Positions 18,612 through 28,424 of a stretch of 64,000 bases of DNA are shown one piece after another. The DNA lies in contig JAZKBX010000038.1 of NCBI GenBank assembly GCA_040388455.1, positions 80 through 64,079 of the forward strand, written 5' to 3'. The notes below the pieces were generated by a model. It was not told the origin of the DNA. It saw nothing but the letters and a program-made list of their open reading frames with translations, and searched no databases. The position numbers and the translations under genes are program-made. Source of the stretch: Bacteroidota bacterium. GTDB lineage: Bacteria > Bacteroidota > Bacteroidia > 2-12-FULL-35-15. Each line of letters starts with the position of its first letter. The first letter of the stretch is position 1.

Positions 18612-20456
18612 CTACTTTTTTGTCATTGTTACTACACCAGATTTTTGAAGTTCATCAAAGAGAACTTTAATATTTCTATAGGTTTGATCTTTCATTCCAA
18701 AACGACCTTCACGTTTTTTACTGAAAGTGAAAATCACCCGTTCCTTTGCTCTAGAAAGAGCAACAAAAAAGGCGCATTTATCTTCGTCCGGTTGCCGCTC
18801 AAAAGACCAAAATGCACCATCTTCCAAGCCGATGAATATAACGGTATGATACTCTAGGCCTTTGCTTTTATGTATCGTCATCACCGGAATCGTATCCTTC
18901 CCAATCAACATATCCAGCGCTAAAGCCATGTCATTTGTAACATGGTAAGTATTTATAAACTCGTCCTGTAGCTCTGTTATAGTAGAATTCAATACTTCAG
19001 TATTTTTATACGCTGGGAAACTGGCCTTGATGCGGTCCTTATCTGCAAAGCCGACAATCTCCGAAATCATATTTTTAATTTCTTCGTCTGTCAGAGAATT
19101 AGCAGCATAATCCTTCCTGATTTTTTTAATGAATTTCGAAAATAATCCTTCCAGCCTTAGCAGTTGTTGGTCTTCTAATTCTGTATGTAAATTGCTCATA
19201 AAAACAAATGCAGCTTGTTTGGCATTACCAGACTTTTTTTCAAATATTGTGTACAAAACATTAATGATAAATACAGATAATTCTTGTGTCAGGATATCTT
19301 GTAACCTGTTTTCATCTCTTGATTTAATACCATTTTTGTTGAAATAATCTATCAAGCTACCTGCATATATTTTCAATTGTTGTTTGACAAGTATGCAAAT
19401 GTCTCTTGGGTTCACATTATCGTTAGTTATCAATTTCTTCACCTCTTGAAATAGTATTTGCATTTCAGCAGTAGGATCTTCAAAAGCCCATACAAAACAT
19501 TCACCTTGGTCTGGTTGCCATTTTGGCGATGGAGTGGCAAAATCTTTTTTTCCTAACAGATGCTCGGTTAAATGGTTTAAGAGAGTTACTAATCTCGGAG
19601 CACACCGAAAGTTCATAGTTAACGGGATTCGCTTTGCATTCGTATCAGCAATAAAATCATCAAATACCGTATTTTGTGCACCCGCCCATAGCATTATACG
19701 TTGCTTGTCATCTCCTACTGCAGTAAAAGCACATCCGCTAGCCAGAAAGCAACTTTTAAACAAGTCATATTGAATTCCGGTTGTGTCTTGAAATTCATCA
19801 AGAAAGACATATTGATATGTTTGCTGTAAATATTGCTTTACCTTGGGATTGCTGTTTATAATGTATTCCGCTAATCGCATTATCATTTTGAAGGAAACTT
19901 TTGAATGTCTTCCACCGATCATTTTATTCCACACTTTATTTCGGATCTGCTCTCCTTTTGCTTCGACAGTATGTGGCAGTTGAGCCGTATGCAAGCTCAT
20001 TATTAAATTTCTATCTGTCGAGTTAAAATAGTCAAGATCCTCTGTCTTGTATAGATCAAGGATAGGTTGATCACTCAATACAACTTCATACTCAGCAACA
20101 ATTTTATATCCATTAGGTAAGGCTTGTTTAAATCGATCCAGCAATTGCTTAGAAAATGAATCAAAGGTTAATGAATCAAATCTACGTGAGAGCTCATCTC
20201 CACAGCGCAACTTTACCCTTTCCTTCAAATTATATGCAGCATCTCTTTTAAAGCTTATTGCCAGAATTTTATAAGGAAATTTACAAGTGTTAGTTTGTAA
20301 TAGAAAGCACGCTTTTTGTGCCAGCAATTCAGTCTTGCCTGCACCTGGTCCGGCTACAACCAAACTGTTCGTTATTTTTGTAGTGACAGCAAGAGCGTTT
20401 TTCTCAAGTATCATTCCATCTGCTGGTGACCAAATTTCTGTTTTAACTCTCTTCAT
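18612..20456 (-). CDS. gajB: Gabija GajB (UvrD/Rep-family helicase)
   Basis: 614 aa. Motifs AGPGAGKTE (Walker A), VFLDEFQDT, MTIHKSKGLEYHTVI and FVALSRAKERV. It follows the OLD-type partner with no gap. Confidence 0.8.
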   Translation of the reverse strand: MKRVKTEIWSPADGMILEKNALAVTTKITNSLVVAGPGAGKTELLAQKACFLLQTNTCKFPYKILAISFKRDAAYNLKERVKLRCGDELSRRFDSLTFDSFSKQLLDRFKQALPNGYKIVAEYEVVLSDQPILDLYKTEDLDYFNSTDRNLIMSLHTAQLPHTVEAKGEQIRNKVWNKMIGGRHSKVSFKMIMRLAEYIINSNPKVKQYLQQTYQYVFLDEFQDTTGIQYDLFKSCFLASGCAFTAVGDDKQRIMLWAGAQNTVFDDFIADTNAKRIPLTMNFRCAPRLVTLLNHLTEHLLGKKDFATPSPKWQPDQGECFVWAFEDPTAEMQILFQEVKKLITNDNVNPRDICILVKQQLKIYAGSLIDYFNKNGIKSRDENRLQDILTQELSVFIINVLYTIFEKKSGNAKQAAFVFMSNLHTELEDQQLLRLEGLFSKFIKKIRKDYAANSLTDEEIKNMISEIVGFADKDRIKASFPAYKNTEVLNSTITELQDEFINTYHVTNDMALALDMLIGKDTIPVMTIHKSKGLEYHTVIFIGLEDGAFWSFERQPDEDKCAFFVALSRAKERVIFTFSKKREGRFGMKDQTYRNIKVLFDELQKSGVVTMTKK

Positions 20457-22460
20457 TTAGGGGATGGGCTTTAATATTGAAGAGATTTGCTCAAATATTT
20501 CCTTAAAAACATCAGGCAAATTTTCAAGTATTTGCCGCGAAGTCATTGATGCCACGACTTGAATATGTGTAGCGGGCTTCCCTCGGCCCAGGAAATGATA
20601 ATTATACCAAATCATGAGTTCTTTTTGATCCTGGGAATAAGTAGCAGCTATTGCTTTTTCTGATTTTAGTGTTGACTGAATGGCTACAGAAACTTTTTCG
20701 TCAAACTCTTTGGGCTTTTTGGTCTTGTCCGGTATTTTTGGTCCACCGTTTTCTGGTATAGCTTGCGCATAAAATTCAAGATAATGAGTAAGCATTAGGA
20801 AGTCTAAATCAAGCGGATTCGAGTAAAAAATATTATATTTTTTTAAGAACTCGACCCAGCCATGCAAAGTTTTAATCGAATCTTTATTGGTTAAACTCCA
20901 AGTGTGCATAGTTTCAAGACTCTCATCTGATAGCAAGCTACCATCTGATAATTCCAACAGATTCTTTTTACTTACACCAGTTTTGAGCAATTGTTGTAGC
21001 ACATATTTTATTCTCCCCCAGCCACCACCTTCTCTTTCTATATCTAAATCAAGAAGGGTTATATACGGGATATGTAATGCTTTCAGTAGTTTCCAAATGT
21101 GGTTCACAAATCGGTGGCCAAGTGGTGCAAATGTTATGAAGTTATCATCAAAATCTGTTTTCATTACTCCCATTAATCGATTGAAGATTACTTCTTCGCT
21201 ATCTCCTTCACCTATTATTACAAGTCTGGCAAAATATAATTCAGGATAATTATGGACGGCTTCTTTTACATATTTATATGCATCATCTGTTCTTTTTGGA
21301 AGGAGTATTTGATTGACCTCCGTTTCGTACTTTTCCGTGATTCTGAAATGAAGAATACATTCCGGATCTAATCTTTTCACAATAGCAGGTGTATGCGAAG
21401 AAAGCAATACTTGTGAATTTTCTTTTTCACCAATAGTTTTAAGAATCTTGATAACCCTGCCCAATAATTGTGGTGCAATATGATTTTCGGGCTCTTCAAT
21501 GGCTAATATTGTGAGAAGTGGATTGTTGATGCCAATCGTTTCTTCATCCTCTTTTCCTGCCAATTTTTCTTCCACATCCAATAAGGCGCATACTAAGGTT
21601 AAATAAAAGAGTGACCGATACCCTTCACCGAGTTCATCTATACCAAATGTTTTGTGTGTACCGGTAGGACTAAATGATATTTCCAATTTTTTAAGGATAG
21701 AGTCAAAATCACTTCCACCGAACCCGAGCAAAGTATCCTTATAACGTTCATCCTTATGGAATTTTTGCCAAAAACCGGAAATGGAAGATTGAACCATATT
21801 AAATTCCGGCAGGCCTTTAAAAGCATCGTTGATTTCATCGATGTTTTTATCAAACTCCACCTTGAAGTCATCATCCCATTTTATTTTTTTTAAAACCCTG
21901 TAAAGAATACTTCCTGAAACGTATTTTAATTGTTCGGCAGGCCTTCGTATAGCAGGTACATATAAAATCTGGATTAGGCTTCTAAAATGATTAGGGAATA
22001 ACTGCTTATTATCTTCTTCTTCTGGCTCATCTTCAGCTATCTTTATAAAATAAATTTTACTATCAATTTCTCCATCCGAAATCAGATCTGATTTATTCCA
22101 GGTCGCTTCAAGTCGCAACCTTATATAAAGATCTTCGTCTTCATCGTCAATAACCATGTTATTGAAAAAATGAGGTACCGCTTCTTTTTCTTCTTCTAAA
22201 AAATCTATTCGTACTTCGATAGACAACTTCCTTTCAATGATTTCATCAGAATTTTCATCTTTACCTATATGAAAATCCTGCCGATAGATTTCTCTGTCTG
22301 CTAACGATGAACCGAATAGTTTTCTTAAAGCATCAAGTCCTGTTGTTTTTCCTGCACTATTTAAGCCAATGAATCCAACCAACTTTTGATTGATAGGAAT
22401 AATTACCTGATCTGGACCAAATGACCTGAAGCCTTTTATTTTTAACGCAGATATTTTCAT
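20457..22460 (-). CDS. gajA: Gabija GajA (OLD-family ABC ATPase + Toprim nuclease)
   Basis: 667 aa. Motifs GLNSAGKTT, LAIEEPENHIAPQ, SSHTP and Toprim LVIIGEGDSEEVIF...LLDLDIE. Confidence 0.8.
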   Translation of the reverse strand: MKISALKIKGFRSFGPDQVIIPINQKLVGFIGLNSAGKTTGLDALRKLFGSSLADREIYRQDFHIGKDENSDEIIERKLSIEVRIDFLEEEKEAVPHFFNNMVIDDEDEDLYIRLRLEATWNKSDLISDGEIDSKIYFIKIAEDEPEEEDNKQLFPNHFRSLIQILYVPAIRRPAEQLKYVSGSILYRVLKKIKWDDDFKVEFDKNIDEINDAFKGLPEFNMVQSSISGFWQKFHKDERYKDTLLGFGGSDFDSILKKLEISFSPTGTHKTFGIDELGEGYRSLFYLTLVCALLDVEEKLAGKEDEETIGINNPLLTILAIEEPENHIAPQLLGRVIKILKTIGEKENSQVLLSSHTPAIVKRLDPECILHFRITEKYETEVNQILLPKRTDDAYKYVKEAVHNYPELYFARLVIIGEGDSEEVIFNRLMGVMKTDFDDNFITFAPLGHRFVNHIWKLLKALHIPYITLLDLDIEREGGGWGRIKYVLQQLLKTGVSKKNLLELSDGSLLSDESLETMHTWSLTNKDSIKTLHGWVEFLKKYNIFYSNPLDLDFLMLTHYLEFYAQAIPENGGPKIPDKTKKPKEFDEKVSVAIQSTLKSEKAIAATYSQDQKELMIWYNYHFLGRGKPATHIQVVASMTSRQILENLPDVFKEIFEQISSILKPIP

Positions 22461-22472
22461 AGACTTTATTTT

Positions 22473-24644
22473 TTATTCAAATATTAACTTAAATATTAGC
22501 TCTAATTCACAAAACTCATCATCTCCGACTTTAATCGTTGGCAAATGAGATTTACAATCTTCCTCCTCTTTTAAAAATTTAATTGCATTGAGTGCTTTTG
22601 TAGGTTTATCCTCTCCAGTCATTCCATTCGGGTAATAACTTTCTATTGCCCCATGAGAAAGTATAAAAACATTTAATTCCCTTAAGTCATGTAATAACTC
22701 ATTCTTTTCTTCAAGTTCTATTTCTTTGTCAGTGAATATTTGTCTCCTTCTATTATTTGTTTCTTCAGCAAACAGATAATCTATTTGCAATATTTCCTCA
22801 TCAGTTAAAGATTGACCATCCTTTATTTTCATTCCAAATTCCTTTAATCTAGCATACCTTTCTTTCCAGGTATATCTTCTTGTTAATTCTTTTATTTTGC
22901 ATACCGGTAAATCAGGTTGTGTGTTTTTTTCATCGGCAATCTTATCAAGCAACTTTAACAAATCATCCCTCTTGGTTTTTATCTCATCTGGAACGCTAAA
23001 TTTTTCAAAGCCTTCGATTAATGCATCAGAGTCTACTATGCAAAAACATTTAATCTGAAAAAAATTATAAAAATCGATGAACCTTTTGACGTTTGATTTT
23101 CCATTTATTGAAATAATGGGAATGTTTTTTGTTTCGAAATTCCATTCGGTATTTAATAGTTTTGCAACTTCCTTAATATAAATGACATCTGAATCGCCTT
23201 CTACCAATAGTACTTTATTGGCAAAGAAAGCCGCAGTGTTATTTTCATAACAAATAATTTGGAATGCATCTTTTGCTTTGATTTCTTTCAAAAGATTTAT
23301 CGTTAAAAACTCAGCATATGGCTTGTCTTTTTCAGGATACTTTTTTACAACTTTAACAAAAGTTCCTGTAGATTGCGGTGAGAAAAACATAGCGGAGTGT
23401 GTAGTGACAAAAACCTGATTATTTGCTTCAGTCAATTTCTCTAATGCTTCAAATAGTATTTTTTGAGCATTTGGGTGTAGATATAGTTCAGGCTCTTCAA
23501 ACAAGAAAATATACGGTTGCTCGCTTACTTCTGTAGAGGCATTCTCCTCGTTTACTTCGGCTACCACATTTCCCTGATCAGTCTGTTTTGTCTCAATTAA
23601 TTCTTTTTTTTGTTCTTTGTATTGCTCAACATACGTTCGAAGTAAGGCAAACGTCACAGCCCTCTTTATGCCATCACCTTTTGTTTCGATAATATCTCTA
23701 ACACCATCATCAATCAAGATTCTGGCATTTGTAAATACTTGTTTTAGTTCCGGCTTGGGGATTTCTATTTCAACCTTCGATTTAGGAAAGTTTTCAGAAA
23801 GAAAAGAACCAATCTGCTTTTCAATGGATTGCAATTTTTCGATTCTATTATCAGAAACTTGCTCCGCTCCTCTAACAACATTAAGTAATTTATGTAAATC
23901 ATTGAATGACTCTGTGATTTTTTCAAAATGCTCTGAGCTCTCCAGGAACTTCATCAAAATACCTAACAGTTTTCCAAATGTTGCGGATTCTTTAGACTTA
24001 ACGTCATCTTTTAAATCTTTTACGGCTGCAATATAAATCGGTTCAGGTAAAAAATTTTTTATGCTATTTTCAATGCCTGTGGGAAGAGAAGAAGGTTTTA
24101 GTTCTAATTCATCAGGGGAGAGTTCTGAAATTATTTCTTCCAGTTTTATATAAATATCTTTCTGAGTTTTAACATCATTCAATTTTTCGCTATATTCTGG
24201 AAACAACAAAACAATTCTTTCCGATAGCTCTTTACCTTTTTTTCCTTTTAGTATTGCCCCGACCACATCTTTATCAAACCTAGGATCTTTTGGAGAGAGA
24301 CGACTACAAAGAAGGTCAGATTTACCATCTGTATTGTAACATCGCGTTAATATTAATTCGTTTTCGTTGATTAGTTCTTTAATTCTTTCTCGATGGTCAG
24401 ATGACAATCTATTTATATCTTTTTCGTTTATATCAGAAAACGTGAGTTGTATTTCAATAGGTTCATCTTCATTATAAAAATCTGATTTGCTTAAACTTGT
24501 ACCAGAGAAAAATAGACTAGTTGCCAACAATATGGTTGACTTACCGGCATTATTTTCACCTATAATGCAGGTAAATGGTGATGCTTCAAATTGATCAAAC
24601 TTGACTCCACGGTAATTTCTTATTTTTAAATACGATATATGCAT
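22473..24644 (-). CDS. Second OLD-family ATPase-Toprim protein (class 1 OLD or fused PARIS-like)
   Basis: 723 aa. Motifs GENNAGKST, FLFEEPELYLHP, TTHS and Toprim VLLVEGDSDVIYIKE...IVDSDAL, with a C-terminal ...VFILSHGAIESYYP. Confidence 0.7.
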   Translation of the reverse strand: MHISYLKIRNYRGVKFDQFEASPFTCIIGENNAGKSTILLATSLFFSGTSLSKSDFYNEDEPIEIQLTFSDINEKDINRLSSDHRERIKELINENELILTRCYNTDGKSDLLCSRLSPKDPRFDKDVVGAILKGKKGKELSERIVLLFPEYSEKLNDVKTQKDIYIKLEEIISELSPDELELKPSSLPTGIENSIKNFLPEPIYIAAVKDLKDDVKSKESATFGKLLGILMKFLESSEHFEKITESFNDLHKLLNVVRGAEQVSDNRIEKLQSIEKQIGSFLSENFPKSKVEIEIPKPELKQVFTNARILIDDGVRDIIETKGDGIKRAVTFALLRTYVEQYKEQKKELIETKQTDQGNVVAEVNEENASTEVSEQPYIFLFEEPELYLHPNAQKILFEALEKLTEANNQVFVTTHSAMFFSPQSTGTFVKVVKKYPEKDKPYAEFLTINLLKEIKAKDAFQIICYENNTAAFFANKVLLVEGDSDVIYIKEVAKLLNTEWNFETKNIPIISINGKSNVKRFIDFYNFFQIKCFCIVDSDALIEGFEKFSVPDEIKTKRDDLLKLLDKIADEKNTQPDLPVCKIKELTRRYTWKERYARLKEFGMKIKDGQSLTDEEILQIDYLFAEETNNRRRQIFTDKEIELEEKNELLHDLRELNVFILSHGAIESYYPNGMTGEDKPTKALNAIKFLKEEEDCKSHLPTIKVGDDEFCELELIFKLIFE

Positions 24645-24689
24645 AGCATGCTTTTTTACTTACTTAATACTTTCGATTTACAATAAGTT

Positions 24690-27600
24690 TTATACTCCAG
24701 TAATCTCTACCTTACTCTTCCCATTATTATGCTTATTCACCTTTATCTGCACAGGAATGCGCTCCGTCATTTCCAGCACATGCGAAATCACTCCAACCTT
24801 ACGTCCTTGATTATGCAAGCGCTCTAATGCATCCATAGCAGTATTAAGTGTGTTATGATCAAGTGAGCCAAAGCCTTCGTCAATAAATAGAGATTCTACC
24901 TTCATACGGGTGGAAGAAAGCGAAGCTAGGCCCAAGGCTAATGCCAGTGAAACTAAAAAAGATTCACCTCCCGAAAGTGAAAATACTGTGCGCACCTCAT
25001 TACCCATATCCTGATCTAATACTTGCAAACCCAATGACTGAGGAATGCGTTGTAATATATATCGTTTGCTGAGCATATCTAATTGCATATTAGCATAATC
25101 AAGCAATACATCCAGCGTATATTCTTGCGCTACTTGTCTGAATTTTTTGCCATCAGCCGAGCCGATTATTTGGTTGAGCCGGGCCCAGTTTTCAACTATT
25201 TTTTCTTTAACCTTAATAACAGTCAAAAGCTCACCAGTTTTCTCCAGATTTTCCGCATCTTGCTGCAACCTGAGGCCTATTTCAGTGTTTTCTTTCGTTG
25301 CATTCTGTAGTATCGCTTTTGTCTCATACAATAATTCGGTTATTTTCTCCAAGGATCTATCCGATAATCGTTCCAATTGATGTTTTTCCAACGCAGTTTT
25401 ACGCTCGTTTAATACAGTTTGTGCCTGTATAAGCAAATTGTCTATTTCACGCAAGGCTTTCCGCTCGGTTTCTATCCATTCTGGTGTATGGGCCAATAAT
25501 TGGTCTAAGCTATTCTGGTCCAATACCGTGGTGTATTGTGCATTATAAGCCAACAACCATTTGTCAATTTTCTCCTTAAATCCAATAAAATTTTGCCGTA
25601 AGACTTTTATATCTTTTTCTGTTTCCTCTTTTTGAGTAACGAAGCGAGTAATTGTGGTACCTAGCTTTTCAATATCTGTTTTACATTTGTCTAATTGGCC
25701 GCGTGCTGTTTCTATAGCCTTTTGAAGATCTTCTTCCACTGTCTGTACTTCCTGTCCATTGAAAAGTGCCATTCTTTGCTTTTGCAGATCATCACGTTGT
25801 AGTATGAACCCATTATGTGCAGTTGCTTTTTTTGTGACTTCATCCGCCAAAAGTTTCGTTTGCTCTTGTGAACTCTTAAGCGTTGCTGTCAGAATTCCTT
25901 GCTGGTATATACCTTCGTCAAGCTTTAAAGTATTTGCCTTCCACAAATCAGCGAACTGACGTATGTCTTTAACAAAGTCGCCAGCGTTTGTCTTCCAGTT
26001 TTCGAACCAGCTTTTAGTTATAAAATAAATCGACAAGGCTGTCTGGGTTTCGGAAAGAGCAATGTTTGTTTTTTCCTGATCGCCTTGGTATTGGGCGAGT
26101 TGCTCTTTAAGAGATTTCTGGCTTCTTTCAAAATCCTTTATGGCATTGCTTATAATATCGATCTGCTTACCTAATTCACCCTGCTCCTCTTTTTGATGAT
26201 CCAGTTGCTGCTTTTTTGTTTTATACGACAGCATTTGTTCATCTAACTTCTTTTGTAAAACCTTTTGTTTCCTTAAATGCTGCTGCAAACTGGCTGTTAC
26301 TTCCTCATTAATAAGACTGTTAAAATCTTCATACATAGAGAACTGCTGCCAGTTTTCTTTTTGCTCTTTTATTTCTCCGTCTTTCAATGTCAAGTCTGTT
26401 GTCAATGCATCGATTGCTTTTTGCAGTTGGTTACAGATTTCATTTAAACTACTATGCTCTTGCAGCGATTTTTCATAATTTATTTCGTGTTGCTTGTGGT
26501 CATCTTCGAGTTTTGCCAACACCTTATTAAGTTGTGGGTTGTGAATAGCATAAGGATGTTCCTTGCTTCCACAAACAGGGCAGGGTTCAAGTTCCACCAA
26601 CTGATCGCGCAATGTTTCCACATTTTCTGCCGAGGCCAAACGGACAACTTTCAGGGAATGTAAAGAAGTTTCTCTTTTTGTCTTTGCTGTTTCAAATTGC
26701 TTTACCGCCAAGGTCTGTTCCTTTTTTCCTGTATTCAGTTTCTTTTTGTTTTCTGCGAGTGTAGCCTTAATACTTTCAAAGGACTTCATTGTACCGTACA
26801 ATATCTTCCAATCAGCATTAGCCTGAACAATTTCTTGCAACAATGTGTCAGCAGTAGATTTATCTTTTTCTAATTTGCCAATGTTGACGGCAGCTATTTC
26901 TTTCTGTTTATCTTGGTATGATTTAAGGTTTGCCTCCTGTGTTGTTTGAAAAGAAAAAAGTTGCTTATCGAAATGCTCTTTCTCTTTTTCTTTCTTTTTA
27001 ATGCTCTGCGTTGTTGTTTGTATCTTAACAGAAGTTGACTGCAAAAAATCCAGCAACTGCTGTGCATCTATCAATTTGGATAAAATCAATGTATGATTAT
27101 CTGCAATACCTTGCCGGTCTTTGTTCTTGTCCTTCCATTGATTTAATTGATCAATGCTTGTCTGTAGTTCAATCGATTTTTGTTGTTGTTCCTTTAATTG
27201 TTTTCCTTGTTTCTGAAATCCTTCATTAGCATTTTTTAATTCTTCAGCAGCATTCTTAACCTGTTGTTCACGATCTTTTACCTGAACGTCCAGTTTTTTA
27301 GCTTCATTTAATTGAGGTTGGGCATCTTCTCGATATTTGTTTTTTACGGTTAGGTCTTCCTGAGCTTTTTTTAAAAACAGATCCGACTCATTCTTTTGTT
27401 TCTGTATGTTAACAAGATTTTCAACCAAATCCTTCAACGCTGTTGTTTTACTATTTAGCTGGTTTTGGTTCGTTTGAAGACCTTGCACAAACTCCCTTGC
27501 TGACTGTACCACTTCGGTCTGTTTTAGCTTCAATTCACGGTCCAACCCATTTTTTTTGATTGTATCAGCCTGCTCATGGCTCGCATTAGCTTCTTCTAGT

Positions 27601-28424
27601 TTAATTTTGAAGGCACCAAACTGTTCATACCAAGTTTCTTCCTTGCTCAATTCAAACACCGCTTTGTCACTGGCCAATATAATTGTTCCTAATTCCTCTT
27701 TTCTTGCTGCAAAAGCTTCTAGCTCCTCTGGAGTGAGTAAAACAACACCTTGCTTTTGGAAGTTAAAATTTTCTAGCTCCTGTGCTTCCTGTCGATGTTT
27801 TTCGAAAATGCGTTTTGAAATTTCACTATATATCTGTGAACCGGTAAGCTTTTCAAGCAGCGAAGATTTTTCATCCTTACCCGCTTTGAGAAAAGCGGTA
27901 AAATCACCTTGCGCCAATAATACGGAACGGGTAAACTGATCGAAGTTTAATCCAACTAGACGTTCTATCTCCGGCAAGATCTCCGTTTTTGTTCCTGAAT
28001 AAATTACATCCGTATCTATGTTCTTTAAAGAAACATTATATGCCTGTAAAGTACCTTCAGCCTTGTTTCTCGCTCGTCTTATGCTCCATTGCGATCTGTA
28101 ACTCTGTCCGTCTATACCTACAAAATCTACTTCTGCATACCCTTCAGAACTGCCTCTTCTCAATATTCCTCGGATGTCGCCCTGCGTTATAGTTGCATCT
28201 CCAACATCACGAATATCTATACCAGTTTCTTTCGCCTGTGTATACCTCGGAGTTTTGGCATATAAAGCCAAGCATAGAGCATCCAGTATAGTAGACTTAC
28301 CCGCACCCATAGGTCCAGTAATAGCAAAAATCCCTGCTGAACATAAGGGTTCTTGTGTAAAATCAATTTCGGTTTCTCCTTCCAGTGAAGCCATGTTCTT
28401 TATGCGTATTGCCAATATCTTCAT
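24690..28424 (-). CDS. sbcC: SbcC/Rad50-family ATPase
   Basis: 1244 aa. Walker A GPMGAGKST, a very long coiled coil, zinc hook LEPCPVCGS, a signature LSGGESF and Walker B LFIDEGFGSLD. Confidence 0.9.
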   Translation of the reverse strand: MKILAIRIKNMASLEGETEIDFTQEPLCSAGIFAITGPMGAGKSTILDALCLALYAKTPRYTQAKETGIDIRDVGDATITQGDIRGILRRGSSEGYAEVDFVGIDGQSYRSQWSIRRARNKAEGTLQAYNVSLKNIDTDVIYSGTKTEILPEIERLVGLNFDQFTRSVLLAQGDFTAFLKAGKDEKSSLLEKLTGSQIYSEISKRIFEKHRQEAQELENFNFQKQGVVLLTPEELEAFAARKEELGTIILASDKAVFELSKEETWYEQFGAFKIKLEEANASHEQADTIKKNGLDRELKLKQTEVVQSAREFVQGLQTNQNQLNSKTTALKDLVENLVNIQKQKNESDLFLKKAQEDLTVKNKYREDAQPQLNEAKKLDVQVKDREQQVKNAAEELKNANEGFQKQGKQLKEQQQKSIELQTSIDQLNQWKDKNKDRQGIADNHTLILSKLIDAQQLLDFLQSTSVKIQTTTQSIKKKEKEKEHFDKQLFSFQTTQEANLKSYQDKQKEIAAVNIGKLEKDKSTADTLLQEIVQANADWKILYGTMKSFESIKATLAENKKKLNTGKKEQTLAVKQFETAKTKRETSLHSLKVVRLASAENVETLRDQLVELEPCPVCGSKEHPYAIHNPQLNKVLAKLEDDHKQHEINYEKSLQEHSSLNEICNQLQKAIDALTTDLTLKDGEIKEQKENWQQFSMYEDFNSLINEEVTASLQQHLRKQKVLQKKLDEQMLSYKTKKQQLDHQKEEQGELGKQIDIISNAIKDFERSQKSLKEQLAQYQGDQEKTNIALSETQTALSIYFITKSWFENWKTNAGDFVKDIRQFADLWKANTLKLDEGIYQQGILTATLKSSQEQTKLLADEVTKKATAHNGFILQRDDLQKQRMALFNGQEVQTVEEDLQKAIETARGQLDKCKTDIEKLGTTITRFVTQKEETEKDIKVLRQNFIGFKEKIDKWLLAYNAQYTTVLDQNSLDQLLAHTPEWIETERKALREIDNLLIQAQTVLNERKTALEKHQLERLSDRSLEKITELLYETKAILQNATKENTEIGLRLQQDAENLEKTGELLTVIKVKEKIVENWARLNQIIGSADGKKFRQVAQEYTLDVLLDYANMQLDMLSKRYILQRIPQSLGLQVLDQDMGNEVRTVFSLSGGESFLVSLALALGLASLSSTRMKVESLFIDEGFGSLDHNTLNTAMDALERLHNQGRKVGVISHVLEMTERIPVQIKVNKHNNGKSKVEITGV

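Noticed and set aside
24690-28424. Considered the 1244-aa coiled-coil ATPase as a Lamassu LmuB or another defence SMC rather than SbcC.
   Set aside because: It overlaps (ATGA) a bona fide Mre11/SbcD phosphoesterase gene and has the Rad50/SbcC CxxC zinc hook, so SbcCD is the simpler call.
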